A program made the translations under genes and the position numbers. Below, one piece after another: positions 1 to 13,156 of a DNA stretch of 64,000 nucleotides. The notes under the pieces are model-generated. The model made no database searches and was not told where the DNA came from. It was given only the letters and a program-made list of their open reading frames with translations. The stretch comes from Pecten maximus (lineage: Eukaryota). The stretch's first letter is position 1; each line of letters opens with the position of its first letter. Where the stretch lies: NCBI RefSeq assembly GCF_902652985.1, contig NC_047021.1:12462001-12526000 (forward strand), read 5' to 3'.

Positions 1-1270
1 TTCTTTGTCTGAACGTGTTATGTTTACATATAAAGGGAAGCCCCGGTGATATTTTGGGACGCCGTCGGACAGGTAAGTTGACGGTCTATAAACCACGTTC
101 TGGTTACTCCCCTCAGTTAATATCATCGGTACCGCCCTAGCCCGTCAAATGCTCCCGATCACAGTGCATTACACCATTGAATGGAATGGAAAAATACAAC
201 TTTATTTTGAAGTATTGATGGATTAATTATTGTAGATATACATTGAATCTTCATTCATCAGTTTCAATACACATACAGTCTGGTAATCAAGTCTGAATCT
301 ACATAGTAATAACGCTGTCCTGCTTTCCAGACAGTAAAACGTAAACAATATTTTGGCATAATATTTCATATTTTCGATTCAAGATTCCAAAGTAGGATAA
401 GTTAGTTAAAATATGTACATTTGTAGTCACTAACCTATGTAGAATTCCATAGGTATAGGAGAAAACGATTTAAAATGATACATAATGAGTTCTTATGATG
501 GTAGGTTAATATGCTTGTCTTATGTATCCAAAGACAGTAGAATATTTCTGATTTGATCTAAAGTAATGTTCACACACCCATTAAAATGCAATGTTTAAAT
601 GACGAGTACTTATGATCACACACCAAAATACATGTATGATAAAAGCATTCTGTAATCGAGTGTATTGCTTTACCTCAAAACTTCACAACACAATATTCAT
701 GTCAGTTTATTAAGCGTGCTTAGATTTATTTCGTGTAATTATGAGAACAGAAACATATTTTATCAGGGCACTGGAGTTTGGTATGATTTACAGCGTGTGC
801 ATTACACACGAATTATTAGTAAGTTTTATCTGCTAGTTTTGGAGAGCATAAGGTGAAATTGTGTATCGACCGTATGTATTTCAACAACCTGATAACAATC
901 GGGACCTATAGTGATAAAATAGACATGTTTTACGTAGGAGCTACCTTTCATATAGATATGGTAGTATTGTGGGAATATTGAATAATTAAGTACACATGTG
1001 TCACATTGTACTTTTGTAAGATGATACTCTAGTACACGTTCTACAAATATGAATTGTTATGCAAATAATTTTGCATCAATCAATATTAAAAGACCCATCA
1101 CTAATTATTATTATTACTAATGTATAATTAAATAAGTTATTATTGATTAATGTTATTACTAAGGAATTATTACTAAACACATTGAAGGGATTGATATTGT
1201 TAACAGATTTTAACCCAGGACGTCTGGTAGTACTGTTGATAACTGATGAGATCATGAAGGAAAACAAGGA
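1..1270. repeat. Segmental duplication copy A (paralogous to 8832-10505, the upstream region of GST gene 1)
   Basis: Position 1 'ttctttgtctgaacgtgttatgtttacatataaagggaagccccggtgatattttgggacgccgtcggacaggtaag' matches 8832 onward almost exactly. Colinear similarity continues (e.g. 930-1000 vs 9780-9860; 1193-1270 vs 10425-10505). Confidence 0.92.
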
Positions 1271-1297
1271 AATAATGGAGAAAAAAAGAGAAATACA

Positions 1298-1795
1298 CGA
1301 TATAGGTAATAGTATCGAGTATCAAACAATACCAGAGATATGTAATAGTATCGAGTAACAAACAATGCCAGAGATTGGTAATAGTATCGAGTATCAAATA
1401 ATACCAGAGATTGATAATAGTATCGAGTATCAAATAATACCAGAGATATGTAATAGTATCGAGTATCAAATAATACCAGAGATATGTAATAGTATCGAGT
1501 ATCAAATAATACCAGAGATATGTAATAGTATCGAGTATCAAATAATACCAGAGATATGTAATAGTATCGAGTATCAAATAATACCAGAGATAGGTAATAG
1601 TATCGAGTATCAAATAATACCAGAGATATGTAATAGTATCGAGTATCAAATAATACCAGAAATATGTAATAGTATCGAGTATCAAATAATACCAGAGATA
1701 GGTAATAGTATCGAGTATCAAATAATACCAGAGATAGGTAATAGTATCGAGTAACAAACAATACCAGAGATAGGTAATAGTATCAAGTATCAACC
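1298..1795. repeat. 36-bp minisatellite, ~14 copies
   Basis: Unit taatagtatcgagtatcaaataataccagagatatg. It explains the repetitive ORFs 1200-1793 and 1365-1754. Confidence 0.95.
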
Positions 1796-2230
1796 ACGTT
1801 GGACTTTATGTCACAAACGGGAATACAATACTATATATACAATCGCAGAAAAAGAAGATATCTGTACACGTGAAATAGCCAGGGGAGCTGACAGAGCCGT
1901 ACCGGATATAAAAATGGTAGCAAAATCACTTAATTCCCGGAGAAACACAAGCCCCAAGCAAACCGCACTGAACCAATGCCTACGTCTTAAGTCTCGGCTA
2001 TAGGTTGATACATAACATCCCGGGTGGGGACCTTGATTACTCTAAGTGTAAGCATCCCTCTCTGCACATCCCGGCGATGATGCATGATGTTACAGCATTA
2101 TATCAATTTAAAACACCTACATCAGATACAATGGATATCAGCAAACCGATCGTATAGGTCTGCCAACACTCGACCACATCTGATTCCAATAAAACTCAAT
2201 CAATTTAATCAGATCAATACGAAACAAGTA

Positions 2231-4199
2231 ATAGGGACTTACACAATTGTTATTAGATGGATTCCCTCCTCTAAAATAATAACTGCTTTGTTTACGTTGT
2301 TGGAAAAGTTACTTGATGATAAGATGTTGCATCGAACACCTACCAGTCCCGTTTATGAACATAACGGCGGGATTATTTTGTGGAATACCTGTGATACAAA
2401 TGAGCTGATTATGTTCCCCTGCAACATGCATTATTTTTTTTTGCATTTTTATTGTTTAAATTTACAAATAGATTAACAAATTACATATCAAAATTCTTGT
2501 ACAATCTTTTAGCCCTATTATCTTTGTGGATTAAATTCAATGTATTCAATGGACTCCTAGTTGACCAGTCGTCTGCATTAAGTTCAGAATTGCCACAAGG
2601 AGCGCCTCATGTACTCTCCATGGATGGCTGTATGTTTTAGCAAAGTACTGCGAAATTACTATATAAAGCTGGAGAACACAGTGATGAATACAAAAAAAAA
2701 AGAAGCTATTAATATAACTAGTAACTCTTGTCTGTTATCTTACATGAGCTATTGTTGTAACAAGTTACTCTTGTAGGTATCTTACGTGCGCTATTGTTGT
2801 AATTAGTAACTGCTGTCTTTTATATTACGTGAGCTATTGTTGTAAATAGTAATTGTTGTATGGTATCTTACTTGAGCTATTGTTGTAATTAGTAACTCTT
2901 ACCTGTTATATTACGTGAGCTATTGTTGTAATTAGAAGCTCTTGTCTGGTATCTTACGAGAGCTATTGTTGTAATTAGTAACTCTTACCTGGTATCTTAT
3001 GTGAGCTATTGTTGTAATCAGTAACTCTTGTCTGGTATCTTACGTGAGCTACTGTTGTAATTAGTAACTCTTACCTGGTATCTTATGTGAGCTATTGTTG
3101 TAATTAGTAACTCTTGTCTGGTATCTTACGTGAGCTATTGTTTTAATAAGTAACTCTTACCTGGTATCTTATGTGAGCTATTGTTGTAATTAGTAACTCT
3201 TGTCTGGTATCCTACGTGAGCTATTTTTGTAATTAATAACTCTTACCTGTTATCTTACGTGAGCTATTGTTGTAATTAGTAACTCTTGTATGGTATCTCA
3301 CGTGAGCTATTGTTGTAATTAGCCGTTCTTGCCTGGTATCTTACGTGAGTTATTTTTGTAATTAGTAACTCTTGCCTGGTATCTTACTTGAGTTATTGTA
3401 AATAGTAACTCTTGCCTACTATCTTTAGTGAGCTAATTTTGTAACTGGCGATCATTCTATTTGTGAAATCGCTGATAGTTTATTTGGTCGCTTATCTTGA
3501 AAAGCTATTAACAGATTATAAGTTTTCTTTTGCCGTCTTGTTTCAGCAAGACCTTATGATGGAATTCGGGAAGAAAGTGGTTCCTAAATTTGTTAAAGTT
3601 TATAATAAGATATGCGACAACCCTGAGAACAGTGATTGTTTCGTAGGATCAACCGAGATAGTTCTAATTCTTATCAACTATTTTATTATTACTTCAATTT
3701 GAAACAATATTCTGTTGCATGTAGACATGAGCGATGGAACTATTTTGTTACAAGAAAAATGTATAGGTATTTGATATATTCTTTAATTTAAATTGTTGTA
3801 GGTCGTTCATTGTTATGTTGTTGCGCAAGTGATATTTCAATTTGCCTTTTCATGAATTAATTATATCAGCAACAACAAAAAATGTATATGAATGCATTAC
3901 GAAATACTATTCATAACAAATCTTAACGGTTATTAACCTTGATGCCTAGGTGGTATTGTATATACTGACAAACAACAAATGAAAATTGTTCGCCTGTCCG
4001 ATAGACGACGGTTGTCGATATCGTCGTATTTTGCATGTTTGGAGGGCTGAAGGAAATGTTTGGTGAGGATGCAGCTCAAGTCTATCTCAATGACGAGAAA
4101 CTAGTGCCTCATAATGATAAATCACACTCTAATCAGTATTTTAGTTTCGGAGAATATGCTACTGAGTATATCAATCATAGTTGGGCCTTCTGCTATTGA
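2231..4199 (+). pseudogene. Sigma-class GST pseudogene (remnants of exons 2, 4, 5; possible exon 1; exon 3 not found)
   Basis: Exon 2 at 2588-2680 is exactly 93 nt, AG/GT-bounded, and reads LPQGAPHVLSMDGCMF*QSTAKLLYKAGEH with an in-frame TAG at 2638-2640 (cf. gene 1 LPQGQLPILEFDGQTLCQSMTIVRYLAREH). Exon 4 at 3547-3654 reads QDLMMEFGKKVVPKFVKVYNKICDNPENSDCFVGST and is followed by GA instead of GT. Exon 5 from 4005 reads TTVVDIVVFCMFGGLKEMFGEDAAQVYLNDEKLVPH (cf. ITVADLALCTLF...DEKLKSH). A weak exon-1-like stretch starts at 2231 (IGTYTI...KIITALFTLLEKLLDDKML; low confidence). Confidence 0.85.
2703..3450. repeat. 43-bp minisatellite, ~17 copies
   Basis: Unit gagctattgttgtaattagtaactcttgtctggtatcttacgt. 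Confidence 0.93.
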
Positions 4200-4803
4200 C
4201 ATACTGATCAGTCGGTCTTATGTAGCGATTCATATTTTTTCTTATCTAATTGATTCTTATCTAAATGATTTGTCCAAGATGCAGAGACTATTTGAAAATA
4301 TATATTAATGTAACAAATAACAAAACAAACAAAAAGTGTATCGTGTTGAATATTTGCGTTCACATTTATACAAGTGTATTGCCTTAATTTGGCTTGTCAT
4401 GTTAAATAATTTTAAATCTCACATAAGCATACCGCTTTTTGTGTGTATCATTTCGGAATACTGAAGTCATTACATATAATGATAATCAAGGCAAATTTTC
4501 TAGTAACTTCAAATCTTTATTTTATTTATTCCCATTTACAAAACACTACACAACATTAACACTTTGCCTCCAATACATTCAGGTTTTCATGCCATTTCAC
4601 TTTACAAGCATTCTTTAATCCTGTCTTAAAACCTGAATCATCACTGTCACAGTGTATTGTTCTATATTCCGCTTACCATTGGCATTCTATGGATTATGTC
4701 GGTCAGGGCCTTACATTGCATAATGTAACATATACATCCCTGTGCCCTGTGTCGGCGTACTTGTGGCCAATCGGACTGAGTCCATGTGCTGCTATAGGTG
4801 TTA

Positions 4804-7800
4804 CTACCTATCCGTTTTTGGACGTTTTGCAATCCAGTCAGAGATTTGTTTCTGTGATTTAACTCTTTCGAAATGAGATTTTAATTTCTCGTCCGCATGG
4901 AAACTGTCGGCAATACCTGCACCATACGCCCCGCCTACCACGTCATCAAACAGTGTACACAGAGCAAGATCTGCCACCGTTATCTACAACGATGAAATTG
5001 TTTACATAAGGAAATGGAATATCAAATATTTAAGTCTAAACATAGAGTAAATAAGTCAATTAATGTATTTGATGTAGATGTATTTTCCGAATATATAGAC
5101 ACAATTAATAAATAAAATACGTTTGAACTACATGTAATACGCAAATACGCAATGAACATGTTTCTTTCTTGCATAATCGACTTAAAAACATGTGTTTTCA
5201 CTATTAACCTTTAAACGAAAAGCTTCATTTAATCTGTCGTTAGCGTGCCGTAAACACTGGTAATCAACATTCCTCTTACACATGCATGTTTGACTTTAGC
5301 TCTCCTAGCTACAGGTTAACTGATGAAACATACTTAAATCTTACCTTAGATCCCACTATCCATCCGTTTCCATCATTATTTTCACGCAGAATTCTCCCAA
5401 AAAGAGAGATGAATCGTGGCATACCGCTATCATTTAATGTTTTCGCTACTTCTTGCTGGAAATAAAAGCATATATGTAATTTCTTTTAAAAAAAGTCTAA
5501 TGCACAAACAATTGTACTATTAAAACTATTTGAAAATTAAAGTTGAACGATTTTGAGAGAAAACAGTAATTCTTAATGCGTGGATTTATTCTAATTCAGG
5601 CAAGTCGAATGGGAAACGCCACACTGACGAACCTGGGTTTTTCCCTAGAAGTTTTGGATACATATATTTCACCACCTAATGTAAATTCAACAGCATTCTC
5701 TTTATCCCTGCGATACTTAATATCACGCACAATACATTATGTCATTAACAAATAGCATCACACGGGAGATAAATCGCACTACTAAATCAGTACAAGAAAG
5801 GATATTATGTCATATTTCAGGACTATTACTTACATTAAAAAATAAAATAACACAGTAATTACAAATTGTATATACCTTTCTTGTTTCGTCTTTTTCGTAA
5901 TACACTTTAACCAGATCGATGTAAACATCGCCACATGTATCGAGGATTGTGTCCACTTTAGCCGACTCCAGATTGTTATCCCCATATAAACCTGAAAATA
6001 TTGACGAACAAAGGTAAGAATTTACAGTCCACAATATTGAGCATCAGTACATACTAAACATAAATGTTATAAAAAAAGAAAGAACTCTTTACTGTAAAAT
6101 AAAAACAGAGAGCTGTGCATTTTGAAATAAGAATACTAAAAGTATATACAAGATATTGATTCATGATTAAAATGGAAGGTTAGGTAAATTGTATTTGTAT
6201 ATATCGTATTTCTTATATTTTCAGTCTTGATAAATATTTGTAGCAGTTTTTTCACACCACTCTCTATAATTCTTATGATCTAACACATATTTTTCTAAAG
6301 TTTTTCAGACTTTGTACACGATATTTTATCAATCACTGTAGAGACGATAATGCAACATTTTTTTATATAAATGCAATGTCGTCCACTAGCAGTGTTTAGG
6401 GTCAAATCGTTTTTGAACTCTTCGGAATACTTTCACGTGCGGGGGAATTCAAAATATCTCTGCCGTTGGTCGCATAGCGTTCTAGTGTTTGAACATGATG
6501 CAGTCACGCTAGTATCCGCCTTCGGCCCACGTTTGCCGAAGGGTTCATTGTGGTTTCTCCAGTTACTAAAACATTATTCTTATTGTATTATATTGTATTT
6601 CCAGTACTTCTTATATATATTATGTGATTGTATTTGTGATTTTTTGTGTTTTGATAAAGGGGCGGATTGCCTCGAAAATTTAACAAACCTTATTGTTTAC
6701 ACTGTTTGAATTACTTCTTTGCCCCATATATATATATATATATATATATATTTCAATTTAGATTTAGATTTTGTTGATACCTTTGTTATCACAAATGTAA
6801 TTTGATGGATAAATATGAAAATAATTTTGATAACAATAAAATGTAGACAAAAGAGTAAATCAAACTGAATGAAAGGCCTCAGCTCTATTGACTGTTGAAT
6901 AAAGAAACAGGCCCGAAGTATGAACTTCGTAACGACATGATATTTGTAAAATTTGTGGAATCACTTAGAGGTTGGTTAAATATATCTGCAATCTGGAGAT
7001 AGAATGGATCATTGTTGACTGTACTCTCGGGAAAGAGGTAAACGCTGTACTTGGAGGATTAAACAGCGTCTACCGTACCTTCGTGGACAAATACTTTGAT
7101 GTCCATCGAAGCAGAACAAAGGTGTCATGCCACCGGGGTCACACACAGGGCGGATAATCGTACACTAATACAAAGAACATGTCCAGTCCCGGTATATAAA
7201 CCTAGTACCTAATGGAGGAGGCATCAGTTACAGCAGTGTTGTCCCCAGATACTTGGTCAGCTCGGATCTCTAAAATTCAAGCTACAATGCTATGTTTCTG
7301 TCATAACAGATTTACATCACACTCAAATCATCTTATATGCACTGCAACTCAAAATAGTTATAACTGTTTTTGGTGCCAGAAAGGTACATGGTGGAACAGG
7401 GGAAATAATTCTTACCGTGCTCCCGAGCCAGATAGCGTACAATCGTCATACTTTGGCAAAGAGTCTGCCCGTCAAACTCCAGGATAGGGAGCTGTCCTTG
7501 GGGCAAAGCTGCAATAGAAACATTTTACCTTGTATACATAATCGATTAATATATTATCAATATGCTGGAACAATTAGCAGAAATACATGCAGGTGATTTT
7601 ACCAGCTTACCTGTGATATATAGCTAGATTTTAACGGGTGCAAAGATGAGATCCCATTGTTGACAACGACTCAACTTGATATATCTTGTTTTTATATATT
7701 GAAACATATCAAAATGTCATCTCATCAATAGAATTCCTCTAGTAATGTACAGGTTTTGATATGATTATACTTATATTGTTTTAGGATGTAATTGTGCGAC

Positions 7801-8441
7801 AATGTATTAATTATTTTTCTTTTCAAACATATTTTTGTTCCTTTATACAATTTCACGCAATGACAGTTTAGATCTTATTCAAATCTTGTAAGATGCAAAC
7901 TGATTAACGTGAGTTGGTTATGTATCAATAATTGACGTTTTGACATCAATATGTGTGTATATGGACCTTGTAAAGAAATATTAACCGAGGGAAATCCATG
8001 TGTCCCTAGATGTTATGTTAGACATGGATGCATTTTAACTGAATAAAATGGGGCATATCAGGCAATGCCAGAGGGACAATTCCTGACATATTGACTCACA
8101 TGCGACCACACGTCAATTTATCACAATTCTCGGAATTCTACACACCGTTATATTATTATATGAAGAATCAAGAAGCGGATCTCATGCTATAAACACGTAT
8201 GAGGACTATACATAGTAACTATCTCAGCTGGGCATTGCAAGTACCACATATACATTTAAGTAACTATCTCAGCTGGGCATTGCAAGTACCACATCTATAT
8301 TTACGTACCCTCTTTTATCTTGACAAACTCCTCAAATGCTACCCTTTTGTCTTCAAAATCCTGCTCGGCGAGACAAAGGGTCATTCTAATGAGCTCAGCT
8401 CTTCCTCGTAGGCCGAAATACGTGAGCTTGTATTTAGGCAT
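4804..8441 (-). CDS. Glutathione S-transferase, sigma class (gene 1), 210 aa, 5 exons
   Basis: Exons (minus): 8441-8309, 7508-7416, 5991-5876, 5455-5345, 4983-4804. All introns GT-AG; frame continuous. MPKYKLTYFGLRGRAELIR...LPQGQLPILEFDGQTLCQSMTIVRYLAREHGLYG...WIVGSKITVADL...WIAKRPKTDR*. AATAAA signals at ~4516-4530 (minus). Confidence 0.96.
8214..8303. repeat. 45-bp direct tandem duplication in intron 1 of gene 1
   Basis: agtaactatctcagctgggcattgcaagtaccacat occurs at 8214 and 8259. Confidence 0.9.
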
Positions 8442-8831
8442 GTTGCTTATATTTCCTTCCAAGACTTCCGTCGATGCTTGTTCCTGGCAGTTGTTTGTCA
8501 GTAATCATATTCAAAACGTAAACCCGCCTGATATATAACAACTGTTTGTATTGGTTGCGTGTATAGTTGATTACTTGCAATACATTTTATTCAGAGAAGC
8601 ATCTTTCGTAGGGATGGCCAATCAGACGTGCGACCTATATATAACGCCGAATTTTTACGGATCACTGGCTATACAATGTATCTCGTTTTCAAATATATAA
8701 AATTTCCATGATATTCCGTATAATTTCCCTCTTGTTTGTAAAGTATTTTACCATTACAAAGTCATTATTGATTTTCATTGTGTGGAACGAATCCACACAT
8801 GTGTCCATGTGTATACATACCGGCGCGGTGT

Positions 8832-10505
8832 TTCTTTGTCTGAACGTGCTATGTTTACATATAAAGAGAAGCCCCGGTGATATTTTGGGACGCCGTCGGA
8901 CAGGTAAGCTGGCGGTCTATAAACCACGTTCTGGTTACTCACCTCAGCCGATATCTTCGGTTCCGCTATAGTCCGACAAATGCTACCGATTACAGTGCAT
9001 TAAATTATTGAATGAAATGGAAACAATACAACTTCACTTTGAATTATTGCTGGATTACTTATATTAGAAATATATTGAATATTAATTCATTATTTTCAAT
9101 AAACATAAAATCTGGTTCTCAAGTCTACAAAAAAAATATTAATTACCTGAATATATATATTTTTGACGCTGTCTAGTTTTCTAGAATGTTAAACCTAAAG
9201 AAAATTTAGATTATGTCCGATTCAAGATTTCAAACTAAGATAAGTTATTTAAAAGATGTAGTCGCAAAACTTATAGAATCGTATAGATTTAACATTGGTA
9301 CATAATTAGTTCTCATGGTGGCAGGTTAAAGTGTTTGTCTATTGTATCCTATGATAGTAGAATATTTCAGAGATATTCTGGAATGATGTTCACACACCGA
9401 TTAAAGTGCAATGTTTAAATGACAAGTACTTATGATAAGAGCAGCCTTGACTCGAGTGTATCGTTTTACATAAACACTGCACAACACAATACTTATGTCA
9501 GTAGAATTTAAGGTTTCTTGATTTATTATGTATACTTATGAGAACAGAAACATATTTCTTTTCCTTATTTTATTTGAACTGGGTGAGTTTTCGTATGATT
9601 TACAGCGTCTGTATTGCCCACGAACATTAGACTGGGAAATGTATTTCATCACACGTGGGCAGAACATTCTAGTAAGTTTTATCTGTCTGTTCAAGAAAGC
9701 ATGAGGTGAAATTTTGTAACGACCGCAAGTATTTTAACAATCTGATAATATTTCGAGACCTATAGTGATAGAATAGTTATGTTTTATGTAGGAGCTACCT
9801 TTCATATACATATGGTAATATATTGTGAGAATATTGAATAATTAAGTACACGTGTCACAATGTATGTTAATGTAAGTGATATTTCATGAATCACTATTAA
9901 AGGAATTATTAGTTATCAATATTATTAATGAGGAATTATTACTTAAAACACATTAAAGGAATTACTGTTTTGTAAATAGTACATATTTAACAGTGATACA
10001 TTGTAACAATAAATATGTTTTTTCCCCATCGATTATCTGCATTCAGTTAAATAGCCAAACAAAATGTTATATGTTTATTATCAGAGGAGGATATATATTG
10101 ATTCGTGAAATCGAATAAAAGTCATTGGTTGTCACGAATTATATTAGGTTAATGAGTTATATATTATGTTAAACGATGACGGTCGAATAAACTGTCTAGT
10201 ACATTTGGGAGAATTGGAAAATCAAGCAAGAACTTCAAAAACTTCTAAACATAAGAAAATAAAGGGGAAAATGGGAGGGGCTGCTCTCTTGATAACTGTG
10301 GTGTAGACTTTAACCATGGTAGATACTAAATACCGTACTGGTAGTTTGAAATCACGTCAGTATGACGCGGTGACATTTTGTCAGGGAGTAAATATGAAAG
10401 CTCAAGACAAACGTGAAAAGGTAGTATATTGTTAACAAAAATTTAACTCAGAGAGTCCAATCGTACTGTTTATAACAGTACTGAGCATTAAGAAAAACCA
10501 AGAAT
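8832..10505. repeat. Segmental duplication copy B (5' flank of GST gene 1)
   Basis: Colinear with 1-1270, with about 450 bp of extra sequence at ~9965-10425. Confidence 0.9.
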
Positions 10506-10669
10506 GCAGGTATAAACAAAACTGATGTTTCTAAACAACAAACAAAAGATGATCTACCCATCAAAGTCCTTGTTTACCTACATTGATATCGAGAAATTGA
10601 AGAAATTAAGGCAGAGTATACCCAGGTGTTGCAGAAGGGTACGCATGTCGTCTTCATCTACGGCACCAG

Positions 10670-11010
10670 CAATGTAAATCTGGCCGTATCCATGTAAGGT
10701 CTTGTTCTTTAAATGAGAAATGACTGACAGCTGTTAAGCAATGTAAATCTGGCCGTATCCAAGTAATACCTTGTTCTTTAAATGAAAATTGACTGACAGC
10801 GGTTAGGCAATGCAAATCTAGCCGTATCCAAGTAATGCCTTGTTCTTTAAATGGAAACTGACAGACAGCTTTTAAGCAATGTAAATTTGGCAGTATCCAG
10901 GTAATGTCTTGTTCTTTAAATGAGAACCGGCTGACAGCGGTTAAGCAATGTAAATCTGGACGTATCCAGGTCATGCCTTGTTCTTTAAATAAGAAATGAC
11001 TGACAGCTAA
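10670..11010. repeat. 69-bp minisatellite, ~5 copies
   Basis: Unit gcaatgtaaatctggccgtatccaagtaatgccttgttctttaaatgagaaatgactgacagctgttaa. Confidence 0.9.
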
Positions 11011-11262
11011 ACCAGCAGATGTATCAAAATATTTCCCAATGAGATTAGAATATTGACTATAAAAATTACCCGTTATTTTGGAAGTTATTTATAATAGGTA
11101 CTTTTTACAAGGAAAAGAAGTTTGAAAGAATTAAGCCCGAATCGAAATCTGAATATGTCCCTTGACACTGCAGCAATAGGTATGTTGCTACATATCTATC
11201 GGGAAATGGGAAAATCTACGATAGGAAAATTAAAGATAATCATATTCATAATACAACTTAGA

Positions 11263-11295
<33 letters not shown>

Positions 11296-13009
11296 ATTTC
11301 TTATTGGTTACGCTGTATATAGAGGTGTAAATGCCAGCGGCGTATGGTGAGAGTCTGTAGTGTGTCTGACTTCAAGTTCTCTTTATTTGAGTTATTTTGC
11401 TCGACATGGACACTGAATCTGTCTTTGTTTTTGTCATCACCAAATATTATTAAGTAAAACTGAACCGACCTTGCCTGCTCTTCGTCAAAATCAGACACGT
11501 GTGAAAACAACATGTTCCCATGAGTAAACCAATAGTCTGTTTGCTGAACTTGCCACGAAACTTTACAAATATAATATCAACCAAGAACTTAAGGTCTTAG
11601 TCGTGTATTTTATGAAATGCATGCCTGACCAGTGTAATTTAAAAAGTATTAAGTTAACACCGCCATGCCGTTCTCCTTTCTGTGTATACAAATATAAATC
11701 GAGAACATTGAGCAGTTAAAATCTAAAAAAAAAAAAAAACACTTTTTTCTGGACATGAGCGGATGCTCAAGATTGAGCAAATTGTTTTCAAAATCCTAAT
11801 AATTTCAGTTCCGGAGCATACAGTATCAAATGAAAACAATAAAAAATACTTTCCAAAATTCGATGACAAATGTCAATTGATCATAATGTCCAATCCATTA
11901 AGGGACATGCTCAGTTGTTGTTTTTTTTTCATTACTATTATTTTTTTATCTCTTCTCTCTGTGATCAGTAACTAAGAAGCCAATTGAAGCTACCCACAAG
12001 CCAGACTAATATAAGATGTTTTAAATACACTTACCTGATCAACTGACACTGACTTTGTTCTCGGACATAAAATACATCATACGCACATATTTTTTCCATG
12101 TGGGATATTTCCTAATTCGGATTCGTGTTTATTTTCTACACCATCAGACTGATACATGGACATAATTTTGATTCACATTGTACAAATATGAAATATGTAT
12201 GCATCTTATTTTATGGTCAATAGACAAAGTACAAATGAACTCTGATATAATTGCGTTCTATAGATATTGTAAATGACTTTACGAAGAAGAGTCTTTATAT
12301 CTCTACAAAGATATATGGTGTCATAATAACGGACGTAATTACACATAAATCCCGTTCACTATCCAAAGCTAAACGTGTGCGATTTTACGAACAGCGCTAA
12401 ATTGATTTAGATTTATATTGCTCTTGGGAAACTGACGATTACCCGGATGTGGTTGGTTCTCACAACACAAATATTTATGATGTTTACATCCGTATGTGAC
12501 GTCATACCGCTTCTAGCATCTTCGAAAAATATACACCAGGTAACCCTAACACTAGAAGATCGCGCTATAAACAGATCGACAATATCACAGCACTGATATA
12601 AACAGATGAACAGACCCTTAAAATAGAGTAACGAAAATAAACAGTACTAGTATTGAGAATTTTCCGTCTGGACGGACACCATCTGCAATGTTAATAGTAT
12701 GTATATCAAGGCTGATGGCAATATATCATATTGTAATGAAAACGCCCTTAGGTAATTAAATTTCCAGCTTACACATAGTCAAGAGATATATAACGTCGTA
12801 ATTGTGTTCCGCGATAACTGATTGTTCTGTTTTGTAAGTTTACGAACCTCAAGACGAGGTTATTGATTTTCAATTAATTTAAGATAAGATGGTTTCTAGA
12901 GTCGCAGTCCGTTCGGCTTTGCACTCTGTATCATTCATGTATCCGGCAGATAAGTAAATAAAGTTTAATGATTTCGCCCATGTGACGAAACACTCGCACA
13001 ATCCCACAG

Positions 13010-13090
13010 CCAATGGGCAATGTTTCTCAGAATCGTTTTCTGCATGTCACATCCGCCACATGAGGTCAAGGGTCATCAACATGTATAAAA
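13010..13090 (+). promoter_or_regulatory. Candidate core promoter of GST gene 2: CCAAT, DR1 nuclear-receptor element, TATA box
   Basis: CCAAT 13010-13014; AGGTCA-a-GGGTCA 13063-13075; TATAAAA 13084-13090, about 70 nt before the ATG at 13157. Confidence 0.6.
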
Positions 13091-13156
13091 GAACCAACGC
13101 TATCACCGTTGATATCATTGTCCGTTTCAACGTTTCGAGATCTCACCAGCATCAAA

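Noticed and set aside
1200-1793. Repetitive ORFs on both strands
   Set aside because: Translations of a 36-bp minisatellite.
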